A stretch of DNA of 64,000 nucleotides from an uncultured Clostridia bacterium (lineage in GTDB: Bacteria; Bacillota; Clostridia; Christensenellales; Borkfalkiaceae): contig CANQWO010000005.1 in assembly GCA_947627565.1 (NCBI GenBank), forward strand, positions 4,220 to 68,219. Reading direction: 5' to 3'. Numbering within the stretch: the first letter of the stretch is position 1; each line of letters opens with the position of its first letter. Below, in pieces: positions 27,503 to 35,550 of this stretch. The translations under genes and the position numbers were made by a program. The notes below the pieces were generated by a model that saw only the letters and a program-made list of their open reading frames with translations, ran no database searches and was not told where the DNA came from.

Positions 27503-28462
27503 TTAGTCTTTGAGCGAGCCGACGAGCACGCCCTGTGCGAAGTATTTCTGCACGAACGGATACAGGCAGAATACGGGAAGGCTGGAAATGATGACCGTCA
27601 CGTATTTGAGCTGGTTGGCGAGGAGCATATTCTCATACATCGAATCCCCGCCCGCCGAGGACTCCGCCGCCGTGAGGATGTCCGTCAAAACGACTTGCAG
27701 CGGATACAAGTTGCGATTTGTCAAGAACAGTTTTGCGTTGAAATAGCTGTTCCACTGTCCGATGGCGTAATAGAGCGTCAGCACCGCGATGATGGGAGCG
27801 GAGATGGGCACGATGACGGAGACAAAGAGCCGCAATCTGTTCGCGCCGTCGAGTTCCGCCGCCTCCACGATACTGTCGGGCACGCCAGTCTGGAAGAACG
27901 TCTTCGCCATAAAGAGGTTCCAGGCGGAAACGGTGCCGGGAAGGATGACCGCGAAGGGCGTATTGAGCATGCCGAGGTCGCTCACCACGTTGTAAAACGG
28001 AATGAGGCCGCCGCCGAAGAACATCGTGATCGTGAAGAAGATCATGAAGAACTTGCGGAACGGAAGAGACTTCCGGGAAAGCGCCCATGCCGCCGAGAGC
28101 GTAAACACCACGCTGAGCAAGGTATACGAAGCCGTATACCAGACGGTATTCGCATAGCCGATCCAAATATCCGAGCGCTCAAAGCACTTGGCATAGCCCG
28201 AAAAGTCGATATCGACGGGCCACAGGAACACTTTTCCCGCAAATACCGCTTCCGCGCTCGAGAAGGACGCGACCACGACGAACCAAAGAGGATAGAGCAC
28301 AATCAACGTCAAAAGCCCGAGAAGAATGTAGGTGATGATATAATACGCCCGATCGCCCGGCGTCTCCCGCACTCTTCTGCGCCTCGGCTTGTTCTGCCGC
28401 ATGTCTGCTGCCGGAGCGGGAGGCGTTTGCATGACTTCGTTTTCCAATGCAGGATTTTCCAT
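27503..28462 (-). CDS. Carbohydrate ABC transporter permease (LplC/MalG-like)
   Basis: Multi-TM protein with the EAA loop IVEAAELDGANRLRLF. RBS AGGAGG plus 6 nt. Confidence 0.85.
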   Translation of the reverse strand: MENPALENEVMQTPPAPAADMRQNKPRRRRVRETPGDRAYYIITYILLGLLTLIVLYPLWFVVVASFSSAEAVFAGKVFLWPVDIDFSGYAKCFERSDIWIGYANTVWYTASYTLLSVVFTLSAAWALSRKSLPFRKFFMIFFTITMFFGGGLIPFYNVVSDLGMLNTPFAVILPGTVSAWNLFMAKTFFQTGVPDSIVEAAELDGANRLRLFVSVIVPISAPIIAVLTLYYAIGQWNSYFNAKLFLTNRNLYPLQVVLTDILTAAESSAGGDSMYENMLLANQLKYVTVIISSLPVFCLYPFVQKYFAQGVLVGSLKD

Positions 28463-28473
28463 AGTCTTCCTCC

Positions 28474-29499
28474 TTAAAACAGCGAGTTCTCGGAGAACCG
28501 CTTCGACGCCGTGTTCGCAATGATCAGCAAGACGAGGTTGATGACCGAATTGAAGAGTCCGATCGCCGTCGCATACCCTGCCTTTGCCTTCAGGATGCCC
28601 TGCTTATAGACATACGTCGCGATGATCTCGCTCGTACTGATGTTGCCCTCCGTCTGCATGAGCAGTACCTTCTCATAGCCGACGCCCATGAGCCCGCCGA
28701 TGGACATGATGAGCATGACCGAGATGATCGGCATAATGGCGGGGAGATCGACATGCAGGATCCTCTGCACGCGGGAGGCGCCGTCGATCGTCGCGGCCTC
28801 ATGCTGCGCCTGCTCGACGCCCGAGAGCGCCGCAAGATAGATGATGGAGCTCCAACCGAAGTCCTGCCAGTTGCTCGAGAGGATATACATGGGACGGAAC
28901 ACGCCTTCCGAGAGGAAGAACGAGAACCTCTCCCCTCCCATGCTCTCGATGATGTTGTTCACGAGCCCGTAGCGGCCGAAGAACAGATAGAGCATACCGA
29001 CGAGGACGACGAGCGAGATGAAGTGCGGGCCGTTGAAGATCGTCTGCAAGATCTTGCTGAGTTTCTTGTTCTTGGTCGTGTGGAGCATGACCGCGACGAG
29101 AATGGGAAGCGGGAACCCGATGATGAACCCGAGAATACAGAGAAGGAACGTGTTCCCCATATAGGGCCAAAACATGGGATCCGAGAAAAACTTCGTGAAG
29201 TTCTCAAATCCGATCCACCTACCGTCCCAAATGTTGTCGCCCGGCATGAAGTCCTGGAATGCGATCAAAAGCCCGTACATCGGAACGTAGGCAAAGATGA
29301 TCGTGACGACGACCGCAGGGATGAGAAACAGCAAATACGTCCAGTTCTTGCGGAAATTCCGCGCAAAAAAGCTGTCGCGAATGCGCTTCCCGAGCGGCGT
29401 CTTTTCGTCTGTGGCTACGTCCGGCTTTGCCGGATCGGCTTCCGCGGGGATGGGCGCTGCCTCTGCGGACGGCCCATCTTTGAAAAAGTCTGCCTCCAT
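28474..29499 (-). CDS. Carbohydrate ABC transporter permease (LplB/MalF-like)
   Basis: Multi-TM protein with the EAA-like loop HEAATIDGASRVQRILHVDLP. RBS AAGGAGGG plus 5 nt. Confidence 0.85.
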   Translation of the reverse strand: MEADFFKDGPSAEAAPIPAEADPAKPDVATDEKTPLGKRIRDSFFARNFRKNWTYLLFLIPAVVVTIIFAYVPMYGLLIAFQDFMPGDNIWDGRWIGFENFTKFFSDPMFWPYMGNTFLLCILGFIIGFPLPILVAVMLHTTKNKKLSKILQTIFNGPHFISLVVLVGMLYLFFGRYGLVNNIIESMGGERFSFFLSEGVFRPMYILSSNWQDFGWSSIIYLAALSGVEQAQHEAATIDGASRVQRILHVDLPAIMPIISVMLIMSIGGLMGVGYEKVLLMQTEGNISTSEIIATYVYKQGILKAKAGYATAIGLFNSVINLVLLIIANTASKRFSENSLF

Positions 29500-29560
29500 A
29501 ATGTCCCTCCTTATTGATTAGTGAAAATTTTTCATTTCCTGAAATTTTCGACCAGTTCCT

Positions 29561-29588
29561 ATTATATCCCGGGGTGATTCCGTGTCAA
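29561..29588 (-). promoter_or_regulatory. Promoter of the fructan-type operon
   Basis: On the minus strand: TTGACA (29583-29588), 16 nt, TATAAT (29561-29566), with an A/T-tract upstream. Confidence 0.55.
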
Positions 29589-29659
29589 GAAACATAAAAA
29601 AAGTTCTTTTTTATTTTTACATATGCCCAGACGCGGCAATTTTTTTTGTGCAAAAATAT

Positions 29660-32600
29660 TTATTTATGTCCCGCCTTCAATGCGGCTGTGAACGTGTAAT
29701 TCCCCGCGTTCTTGAACGCGCCGCCCGAGGGAGTTTTCAATGCGACGTCGAGGACGAGCTCCCCGTCTTCACCGAGTCCGTGAACCGTCGCCGCGGGCAT
29801 GGGTAGCGCGGAACCCGTGTAGGCATAGCTTCTCTCTGCCCACGTCGCGGAAACGGTTGCCTGCGCAATCCTGAAGAGGAAAATCAAGTCGTCCGTTTTG
29901 CCGTCCGCCCATTCGTAGTTGGCCTTATCGCTGAGCACAACTTTCACTTCATAGCCCGCCTCGTTGGCGTTGGTCTGCTTGTTGCCGGTCATGGTATAGG
30001 CGGGGTTCTCCGCGACGGCATAGGTCTGCTCCGTGCCCGTGTAGACAAAGGCCGTCTTATCCTCGCTCGGCTTGGTGACTTGCTGTTTGGTAATGGTGAG
30101 CGTGGCCTGCATGGGCGCAATGGGTTCATAGTGCTCCGCATCGCCCGTGAAGATCGCCATCACCTTGTATACGCCGGCATTGGTGCGCTCATTGCCCGCA
30201 TATTCCACGGAAACGTCCCCGGGCAGTTTTCCTCCAATGGCGAGACTGTGCGGCTTTCCGTCATACGGGAAACTCGCGTCCTCAAACGTTATGCCCTTCA
30301 TGTTGTAGGTCGCCCTGGTGATGGTGAGGACGGCCCTCATGGATTTGGGGACTTCATAGTTCTCGTCCACCGTGAAGATTGCCGTTACGGTGTAAACACC
30401 CGGTTCGGTTGCCCCGTCCGTACTGTAACCATTGTCCCCCGAATAGGTCACGGAAACGCCGACGGGCAAATTCCTGACTTCAAGTTTGTGCGCGGAATTG
30501 TCCCATGTGATCGTCTGATCCGCGAACGTCACGCCCGACATATCGTAATTGGCTTTTGTGATCGTGAAGATAAGAATAATCTCCGCTTCATCGCTGGTTG
30601 CCCACTTGTAGTTTTCGGGGTGTTGAAGCGCAAGTTTGACCTCATAATCGTCCGCGCCGATCCCGCCGTTGTTTTCGCTCACGCGGTAGAGCGGGGAATC
30701 ATCGACATCCGCCTTCTGCGTTTTGCCGTTATACACCTTACTTGCAATCGTCGGCGCAGTCACCGTCTGTTTTTCGATGATGTAGGCACGTGTCTCCGTA
30801 CTCTCATTGAGCGTGTAGTTCTTCGTCTTGTCGTCCGCGCTATCGAACGCCGCCTTGAAAACATAGCCCCCTGCGTTCATAAATGTCTGTGCGGAGCCGC
30901 TCAATGCGACCAAAAGCGTAAACGTGCCGTCATTGCCTATCCCTTCTGCCATCGCAGTGGGAAGATCGGTGAACGCCGACCCCGTGTAAGTGTAACGCTT
31001 GTCGCTCCACTTGGCTTCGATCATCTTCTGTCCGACGGTGAGCGTCCCGTTCTCAAACTTGATATCGTAGTTGCCCGAGGAAAGCCCGCTCGGCGTAATG
31101 ACGTATTCGCCGATGTCCTTGAACGCCGCATACCCACCGTAATCAAACGTCAACACGCCTGAAAGATCGCTCTCGCTCTCTCCGTTCACAAAGCCGTTAT
31201 ACGTTACGCCGCCATCGGAAGGCTCATCGCCGTAAGTGATGGCCTTATTCTTCGCCGTCACGGTGAGCGGCGCCTTTGCGATGGTGTACTTCAATTCCGT
31301 TCCGCCTTTCGCGTCTGCAAATTCCACATCGTAGTTCGGGTTAGAGCACGTCGGGACGACGGTATAAGTATCCGCGGGCGTGGTGACGCTCGGTGCATCC
31401 GTCCCTTCCAGAGTATAGGAAAGTCTGAGGATACCAAGATCATCATCCCCATTTGCCTCATTTTGGGCGTACCAAGTTCCCGTCGCACCCACTGTCGCGC
31501 GAGTAGCCGAGTTGACCGTCACCCAATTCGTGTGGGGCTCCCCATAGGTCGCCCCTTTCCCAAAGGTCAGCGTGACATTTATTTTTCTTGCCTTAACTTC
31601 AAAACTCGGGTTGCCGTCCGCCCACGCAAACGTGAGATACTTTGAAGTATCTTTGTCCGCGGCGTCAACGTAGAGATGATAGGTGCCGAGCGGCAGGTTG
31701 TCTACCCTTTTCGATTGCGAGCCGCTTTTGTGCAGAATGCCGTCCTCTTCAACGGTGTAAATATCGTCGTCTGCAATGGTATTGTCCTTGCGAAGATAGA
31801 AAATAAAACTATCGATATTGTCTTTGAAGTCTTTCGTTTTGTCTCTATCGAGTTGCCCCATTACTTTTTGGATGCCGCTGAGGATGTCTTTTTCAAAGGC
31901 ATCTTTCGTATGGGCGACGTCGCCGTACTCCACGCCCTTTTCAAAGCCCGCTTTTGCCGCCTCGTTCAGAGTGATGTTCAGCTTTTCTGCCACAATGTGG
32001 ACGACGAAATAGTCGTAGCGCGTGTTGTGGTTGCCCTCGGTATCCACTGCTTTGAAATACACGACGTAGAACATCGGCTCTTGGGCGATTTTATCGGTGA
32101 GCCTCTCGTAATCCTTCCAATTCCCGGATGATTTCAGCTCGTCAAGATTTCCCTTTATTGTATCTTCTTTATACGCTGTTTCTTCATATTTTTGTACGAT
32201 ATACTGTATCTCAAGTTTGCTTATGGTTCCAGGGTACCACGTAACCCCTTTCCAATTGATGGGGAATTTTTTATCGGTCGGGTCGGGCAGTTTGAGTGCG
32301 ATCGGCTCCATACCCAAACTGTAAACAAACTCCCGCTTCTGTTCAAGCCTCTCGTTATTGAACGCCCCCGGTCGCCCGTTGTTGAACGTCACCGTCATAT
32401 CGGCGGGCACGACGGTATATGTAACGGTGATCTCCTCGTCTGTGCCGTCCTTCCACCGGAAATCCGTTGAGGGCTTGACTCGAATTTGGTATTTGCCTAC
32501 TTTTTTCGCCGTAATGGTATGCTTTGCCGAGTCATACCAACTCGTATCGCCGCCTTCGCCATTTGCAATGGCGGTGATTTCTACCACGTCTGTATTTTCG

Positions 32601-33943
32601 ATCTTCCACGTCACGCCATCGGGGGAGTAGGGCTTTGTGTCACCCTTCCAACGGTCTTTATCGGGCGTCGCACTGCGCATGGCGGCAGACAGATTGAAAT
32701 GAAGCGCAGGACGCACCCCGCAACTGCCCTTGTCAATATTGGCGTTGTTCACAACAAGCTGGTCGCGATTGCCGGAAGCGTTGAGCAGGTACGCGCGCTG
32801 CGCGTCATAGGCACCGCCGGAGCGGAGCCAACAACGGCCCAGCCCGACGCCGCTGTTAGCACTTCGAAGTGCTGCGTCGGTATTCCACATGCCGTCGCCG
32901 ACAAAATCCAGTCCGCTGCCGTAGACATCTTTTACGGTATCATTGGACATGCCCGTCTCCGTAAGAGAGGGGAGCCAAAGGTAGTCGTTTTGCCACGCAC
33001 CGTATGCCGTTTTGTCGGCTCCCTTGCTGGTGTACGCGCTCATATCGATAGAGTTGTATTTATACCAATGTTCGCCCGCTTTGCCTTGGCCCGGCGGCTC
33101 TTCCGTGGCCCCGACCGGGGCTGGCGTACCGTATGCGTCGTTTGGGAGAAAATAGTAGTCCGCGTTGTATCCGTAAAACGACTTCATCGTTCCCTCATCG
33201 AATTCCGTCTCCTGATACACCACTTCGGAGGGCTTGGCGAGGTACTCCGTCAAACTATTATCCACGCTATCCATCGTAAAGCGGGCGTATTGGTTGCCTG
33301 AGTTTTGAGCCTGCGGCTCGGACAATATAATACTTGACGAACGAATATCCTTCTTGGTATATTGCCCGCCCGCGTTCAAAGTCTCCACGCGGATCTTGCT
33401 CGTGGAATACATATTCGAGGGGTAGGTCTGATCGGTGCTTTTGTCGGACCAAAAGCCCGAATAGGTTGCGGCGTCACCCGCCGTAAGCGTATCCGCCGAA
33501 CGCCACAAGTCGAGGATGATATCGCCCTCTTGGGTGTTTGCGCCAGTGCGCTTCGCCGTTGTAAGGTACACGGCATCCCACTTCATGCCGCCGAAATACA
33601 CCGAAACGTTTTTCCCTTCGTTTACCGCACGAAAATCCGCGGAAGTTTTTGAAGTTCGTGTACCTTTCGGAGGTTCTGTAATTCCCACTGCCGTTTTTAG
33701 GGCATTATACGACCGCTCCCCGATGAGCTTCTCGATGAGGTCCATGATCTTGGCGCTGTCAAACGATTGGGTCTCATCGTCATAGATCTCTTCCACGGTG
33801 ACCCACTGATCATCACTGCCGCGCGCGGCATACGCTGTACTTGCAGGCGTCTGCCCGAAAATAAATGCAAGTGAGAGCGTCAGCGACATCAAAAGCGTAA
33901 GAACGCCGATGATGCTTTTCCTTTTCAAAATTTTTGTTTTCAC
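29660..33943 (-). CDS. 1,427-aa secreted adhesin-like protein: DUF6273-like N-terminal domain, Ig-like repeats and one MBG (YGX-type) domain
   Basis: GTG start at 33943 with AGGAGG plus 6 nt. Signal peptide ends ...PASTAYA. CWLRSGG...GVRPALHFNL matches the DUF6273-like motif. LTVTAKNKAITYGDEPSDGGVTYNGFVNGESESDLSGVLTF...GEYVITPSGLSSGNYDIKFENGTLTV matches MBG/YGX. The repeats are of the same type as in the giant protein (NAG.Y.F/V). Confidence 0.85.
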   Translation of the reverse strand: MKTKILKRKSIIGVLTLLMSLTLSLAFIFGQTPASTAYAARGSDDQWVTVEEIYDDETQSFDSAKIMDLIEKLIGERSYNALKTAVGITEPPKGTRTSKTSADFRAVNEGKNVSVYFGGMKWDAVYLTTAKRTGANTQEGDIILDLWRSADTLTAGDAATYSGFWSDKSTDQTYPSNMYSTSKIRVETLNAGGQYTKKDIRSSSIILSEPQAQNSGNQYARFTMDSVDNSLTEYLAKPSEVVYQETEFDEGTMKSFYGYNADYYFLPNDAYGTPAPVGATEEPPGQGKAGEHWYKYNSIDMSAYTSKGADKTAYGAWQNDYLWLPSLTETGMSNDTVKDVYGSGLDFVGDGMWNTDAALRSANSGVGLGRCWLRSGGAYDAQRAYLLNASGNRDQLVVNNANIDKGSCGVRPALHFNLSAAMRSATPDKDRWKGDTKPYSPDGVTWKIENTDVVEITAIANGEGGDTSWYDSAKHTITAKKVGKYQIRVKPSTDFRWKDGTDEEITVTYTVVPADMTVTFNNGRPGAFNNERLEQKREFVYSLGMEPIALKLPDPTDKKFPINWKGVTWYPGTISKLEIQYIVQKYEETAYKEDTIKGNLDELKSSGNWKDYERLTDKIAQEPMFYVVYFKAVDTEGNHNTRYDYFVVHIVAEKLNITLNEAAKAGFEKGVEYGDVAHTKDAFEKDILSGIQKVMGQLDRDKTKDFKDNIDSFIFYLRKDNTIADDDIYTVEEDGILHKSGSQSKRVDNLPLGTYHLYVDAADKDTSKYLTFAWADGNPSFEVKARKINVTLTFGKGATYGEPHTNWVTVNSATRATVGATGTWYAQNEANGDDDLGILRLSYTLEGTDAPSVTTPADTYTVVPTCSNPNYDVEFADAKGGTELKYTIAKAPLTVTAKNKAITYGDEPSDGGVTYNGFVNGESESDLSGVLTFDYGGYAAFKDIGEYVITPSGLSSGNYDIKFENGTLTVGQKMIEAKWSDKRYTYTGSAFTDLPTAMAEGIGNDGTFTLLVALSGSAQTFMNAGGYVFKAAFDSADDKTKNYTLNESTETRAYIIEKQTVTAPTIASKVYNGKTQKADVDDSPLYRVSENNGGIGADDYEVKLALQHPENYKWATSDEAEIILIFTITKANYDMSGVTFADQTITWDNSAHKLEVRNLPVGVSVTYSGDNGYSTDGATEPGVYTVTAIFTVDENYEVPKSMRAVLTITRATYNMKGITFEDASFPYDGKPHSLAIGGKLPGDVSVEYAGNERTNAGVYKVMAIFTGDAEHYEPIAPMQATLTITKQQVTKPSEDKTAFVYTGTEQTYAVAENPAYTMTGNKQTNANEAGYEVKVVLSDKANYEWADGKTDDLIFLFRIAQATVSATWAERSYAYTGSALPMPAATVHGLGEDGELVLDVALKTPSGGAFKNAGNYTFTAALKAGHK

Positions 33944-34018
33944 ATAAAACCTCCTAAAGGTGTGACGTCGTTCCGTGTACTTTCATCACCCATCCCCCGG
34001 CCGCATATCGCTCTTGAG

Positions 34019-34042
34019 CACAGAATAAGTAAATCCATGTAC
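34019..34042. repeat. Left inverted repeat (IR-L) of the candidate invertible promoter
   Basis: cacagaataagtaaatccatgtac. The 20-nt core at 34023-34042 is the exact reverse complement of 34188-34207. Confidence 0.95.
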
Positions 34043-34145
34043 TTTCAGAGAAAATGACAAGAGAAATGAACGGGGTCAACCGCCGCATTTTTCGACCCCA
34101 TGTTGATAATTTGCGAGATATTCTGAGAAAAAAACAAAAAAACTC

Positions 34146-34174
34146 TTGACTTTCGACATACAATAAGATAAAAT
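34146..34174 (+). promoter_or_regulatory. Strong promoter inside the IR-flanked segment, currently facing away from the adhesin gene
   Basis: On the plus strand: TTGACT (34146-34151), 17 nt, TAAAAT (34169-34174), preceded by the A-tract gagaaaaaaacaaaaaaactc. Confidence 0.6.
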
Positions 34175-34187
34175 AATTTTTGTCTAT

Positions 34188-34211
34188 GTACATGGATTTA
34201 CTTATTCCGTG
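34188..34211. repeat. Right inverted repeat (IR-R) of the candidate invertible promoter
   Basis: gtacatggatttacttattccgtg, the reverse complement of IR-L with one mismatch (23/24). Confidence 0.95.
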
Positions 34212-34212
34212 T

Positions 34213-34248
34213 ACAATGAAAACAGCGAGGATCTCACTCCTCGCTGTT
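34213..34248 (-). terminator. Terminator of the SPFH gene (hairpin usable in both directions)
   Basis: On the minus strand, AACAGCGAGGA-GTGAGA-TCCTCGCTGTT is followed by TTCATTG. On the plus strand the same hairpin is followed by TCTCTCTT. Confidence 0.65.
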
Positions 34249-34314
34249 TCTCTCTTACTGAATATGCGACATTATTTTTCGAACGATCCGCATCCCGCGG
34301 ACACCCTTCGCATC

Positions 34315-35481
34315 TCAGGGCGTCGGTACAGTCTCCGTGTCGCCGGACGTCCCGCCGGGGAACGGCAAAATGAAGCTCCCGCCTTCGCTTGCGACCAACG
34401 TATCGGGGAGTTTTCCGTCCCACGCCTCGAGGTATGCGATGTACTTCAAGTAATCCGCAATGAGCGCGACCCGCTCATCCGTTTGGCCCGTGAAGTCGAT
34501 CTCGTATTCGATCCCCGTTTGTATGGAATTTCCCGTGCCGTCTTCTTCGAAGACCGGCGTTTCGAGAATTTTGAACCCGAGCGCGCGGGCGATCTCAACG
34601 GATTTCGCCTTGATGGCATTCGCTTCGGCCTGCGCAATGACGAGCCGTGCCTCCGCGTCGCCTTCGGCTTCCGCGATCCGGGCCTGCGCCTGAAGTTTTG
34701 CGACCTCGAGCTCCTGCTCCGCCTTCACGAGCGCGGTTTCCTTTTCATACTCCGCCTTGAGCTTCTCCTGCTCGGCGATCATCTTGTCTTCGACCGTCTG
34801 CTCGAACGCGTCGGAGAAATCAATATTGGTGAGGACGACTTTTTCGATGTTGACAAAGAACGTGTCGTCGATGACCGATTTCACTTCTGATTCCACTTCC
34901 ACCGAAATGTTTGCACGGTTCTCGATGATCTCCATGGCGGAATAAGCGGAGAGCGTGGACTTTGTGGTCGCCTCCGCGACCGAAGCGATGCGGTTGCCGA
35001 GCGCCTGCAACGTGCCGTACTGTTCCGCAATGCTGAGCGCCTTTTCCTGTTTGATGGAATACTGCACGACCATTGCGATATCCATCGTCTGCGCGTCTTT
35101 GGAATAGGTGTTGGCGTCCATTTCGAGGTTTTGCACCTTGGCGTCGTAGGTCGCATACTCTTCCGTCATCCAAAAATCAAAATATGTACCCGGTGTACGC
35201 ACGAGCGTAGCCTTGCCGAGATGCTTGACGACCGCGACTTCACCCGTATCGACGGTATGAATGCTGAACGGGACGAAGAGAAAGAGAAGCGCAAACACAC
35301 CGGCTACGCCGATCCCGATCCATTGATACGGCCCCCGCTTTCTCTTTTTGTGCGCATAGAGGGCCAGAACTACGCCGCCTGCGGTCACAAGGAAGAAAAC
35401 CAATCCCACAATGACTGCAATAAACATGATAAAAAATGTGACTCCTTGCGGTAAACGTCTTTGCGCGTTTTCAACCGCCAT
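34315..35481 (-). CDS. SPFH/Band-7 (prohibitin/flotillin-like) membrane protein
   Basis: N-terminal TM helices, then VDTGEVAVVKHLGK...TYSKDAQTMDIAMVVQY and a coiled-coil AEQEKLKAEYEKETALVKAEQELEVAKLQAQARIAEAEG. The start is uncertain: ATG 35481, the track's TTG at 35517, or the internal ATG after AAGGAG. Confidence 0.75.
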   Translation of the reverse strand: MAVENAQRRLPQGVTFFIMFIAVIVGLVFFLVTAGGVVLALYAHKKRKRGPYQWIGIGVAGVFALLFLFVPFSIHTVDTGEVAVVKHLGKATLVRTPGTYFDFWMTEEYATYDAKVQNLEMDANTYSKDAQTMDIAMVVQYSIKQEKALSIAEQYGTLQALGNRIASVAEATTKSTLSAYSAMEIIENRANISVEVESEVKSVIDDTFFVNIEKVVLTNIDFSDAFEQTVEDKMIAEQEKLKAEYEKETALVKAEQELEVAKLQAQARIAEAEGDAEARLVIAQAEANAIKAKSVEIARALGFKILETPVFEEDGTGNSIQTGIEYEIDFTGQTDERVALIADYLKYIAYLEAWDGKLPDTLVASEGGSFILPFPGGTSGDTETVPTP

Positions 35482-35550
35482 GAGAATATATACCCCGTTT
35501 TGAATATTTTCAAACAAATTTCGCGGGGATTCCGACCGAATGCGGTCAAC

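Noticed and set aside
27395-29517. Plus-strand ORFs 27395-28477, 28753-29517 and 44466-45515, which have highly charged D/E/R/H-rich products.
   Set aside because: They are antisense to hydrophobic ABC permease genes, so the charged composition is the mirror image of TM-helix codons.
33954-34193. 79-aa minus-strand ORF covering IR-L and the invertible segment.
   Set aside because: It has no RBS and a low-complexity AT-driven composition. It overlaps the inverted repeat and the promoter, so it is most likely non-coding.
35490-35510. Palindrome TTTGAA-AATA-TTCAAA upstream of the SPFH gene, considered as an operator.
   Set aside because: The half-sites are only 6 bp in AT-rich sequence. It overlaps the uncertain start region of the gene, so chance occurrence is likely.
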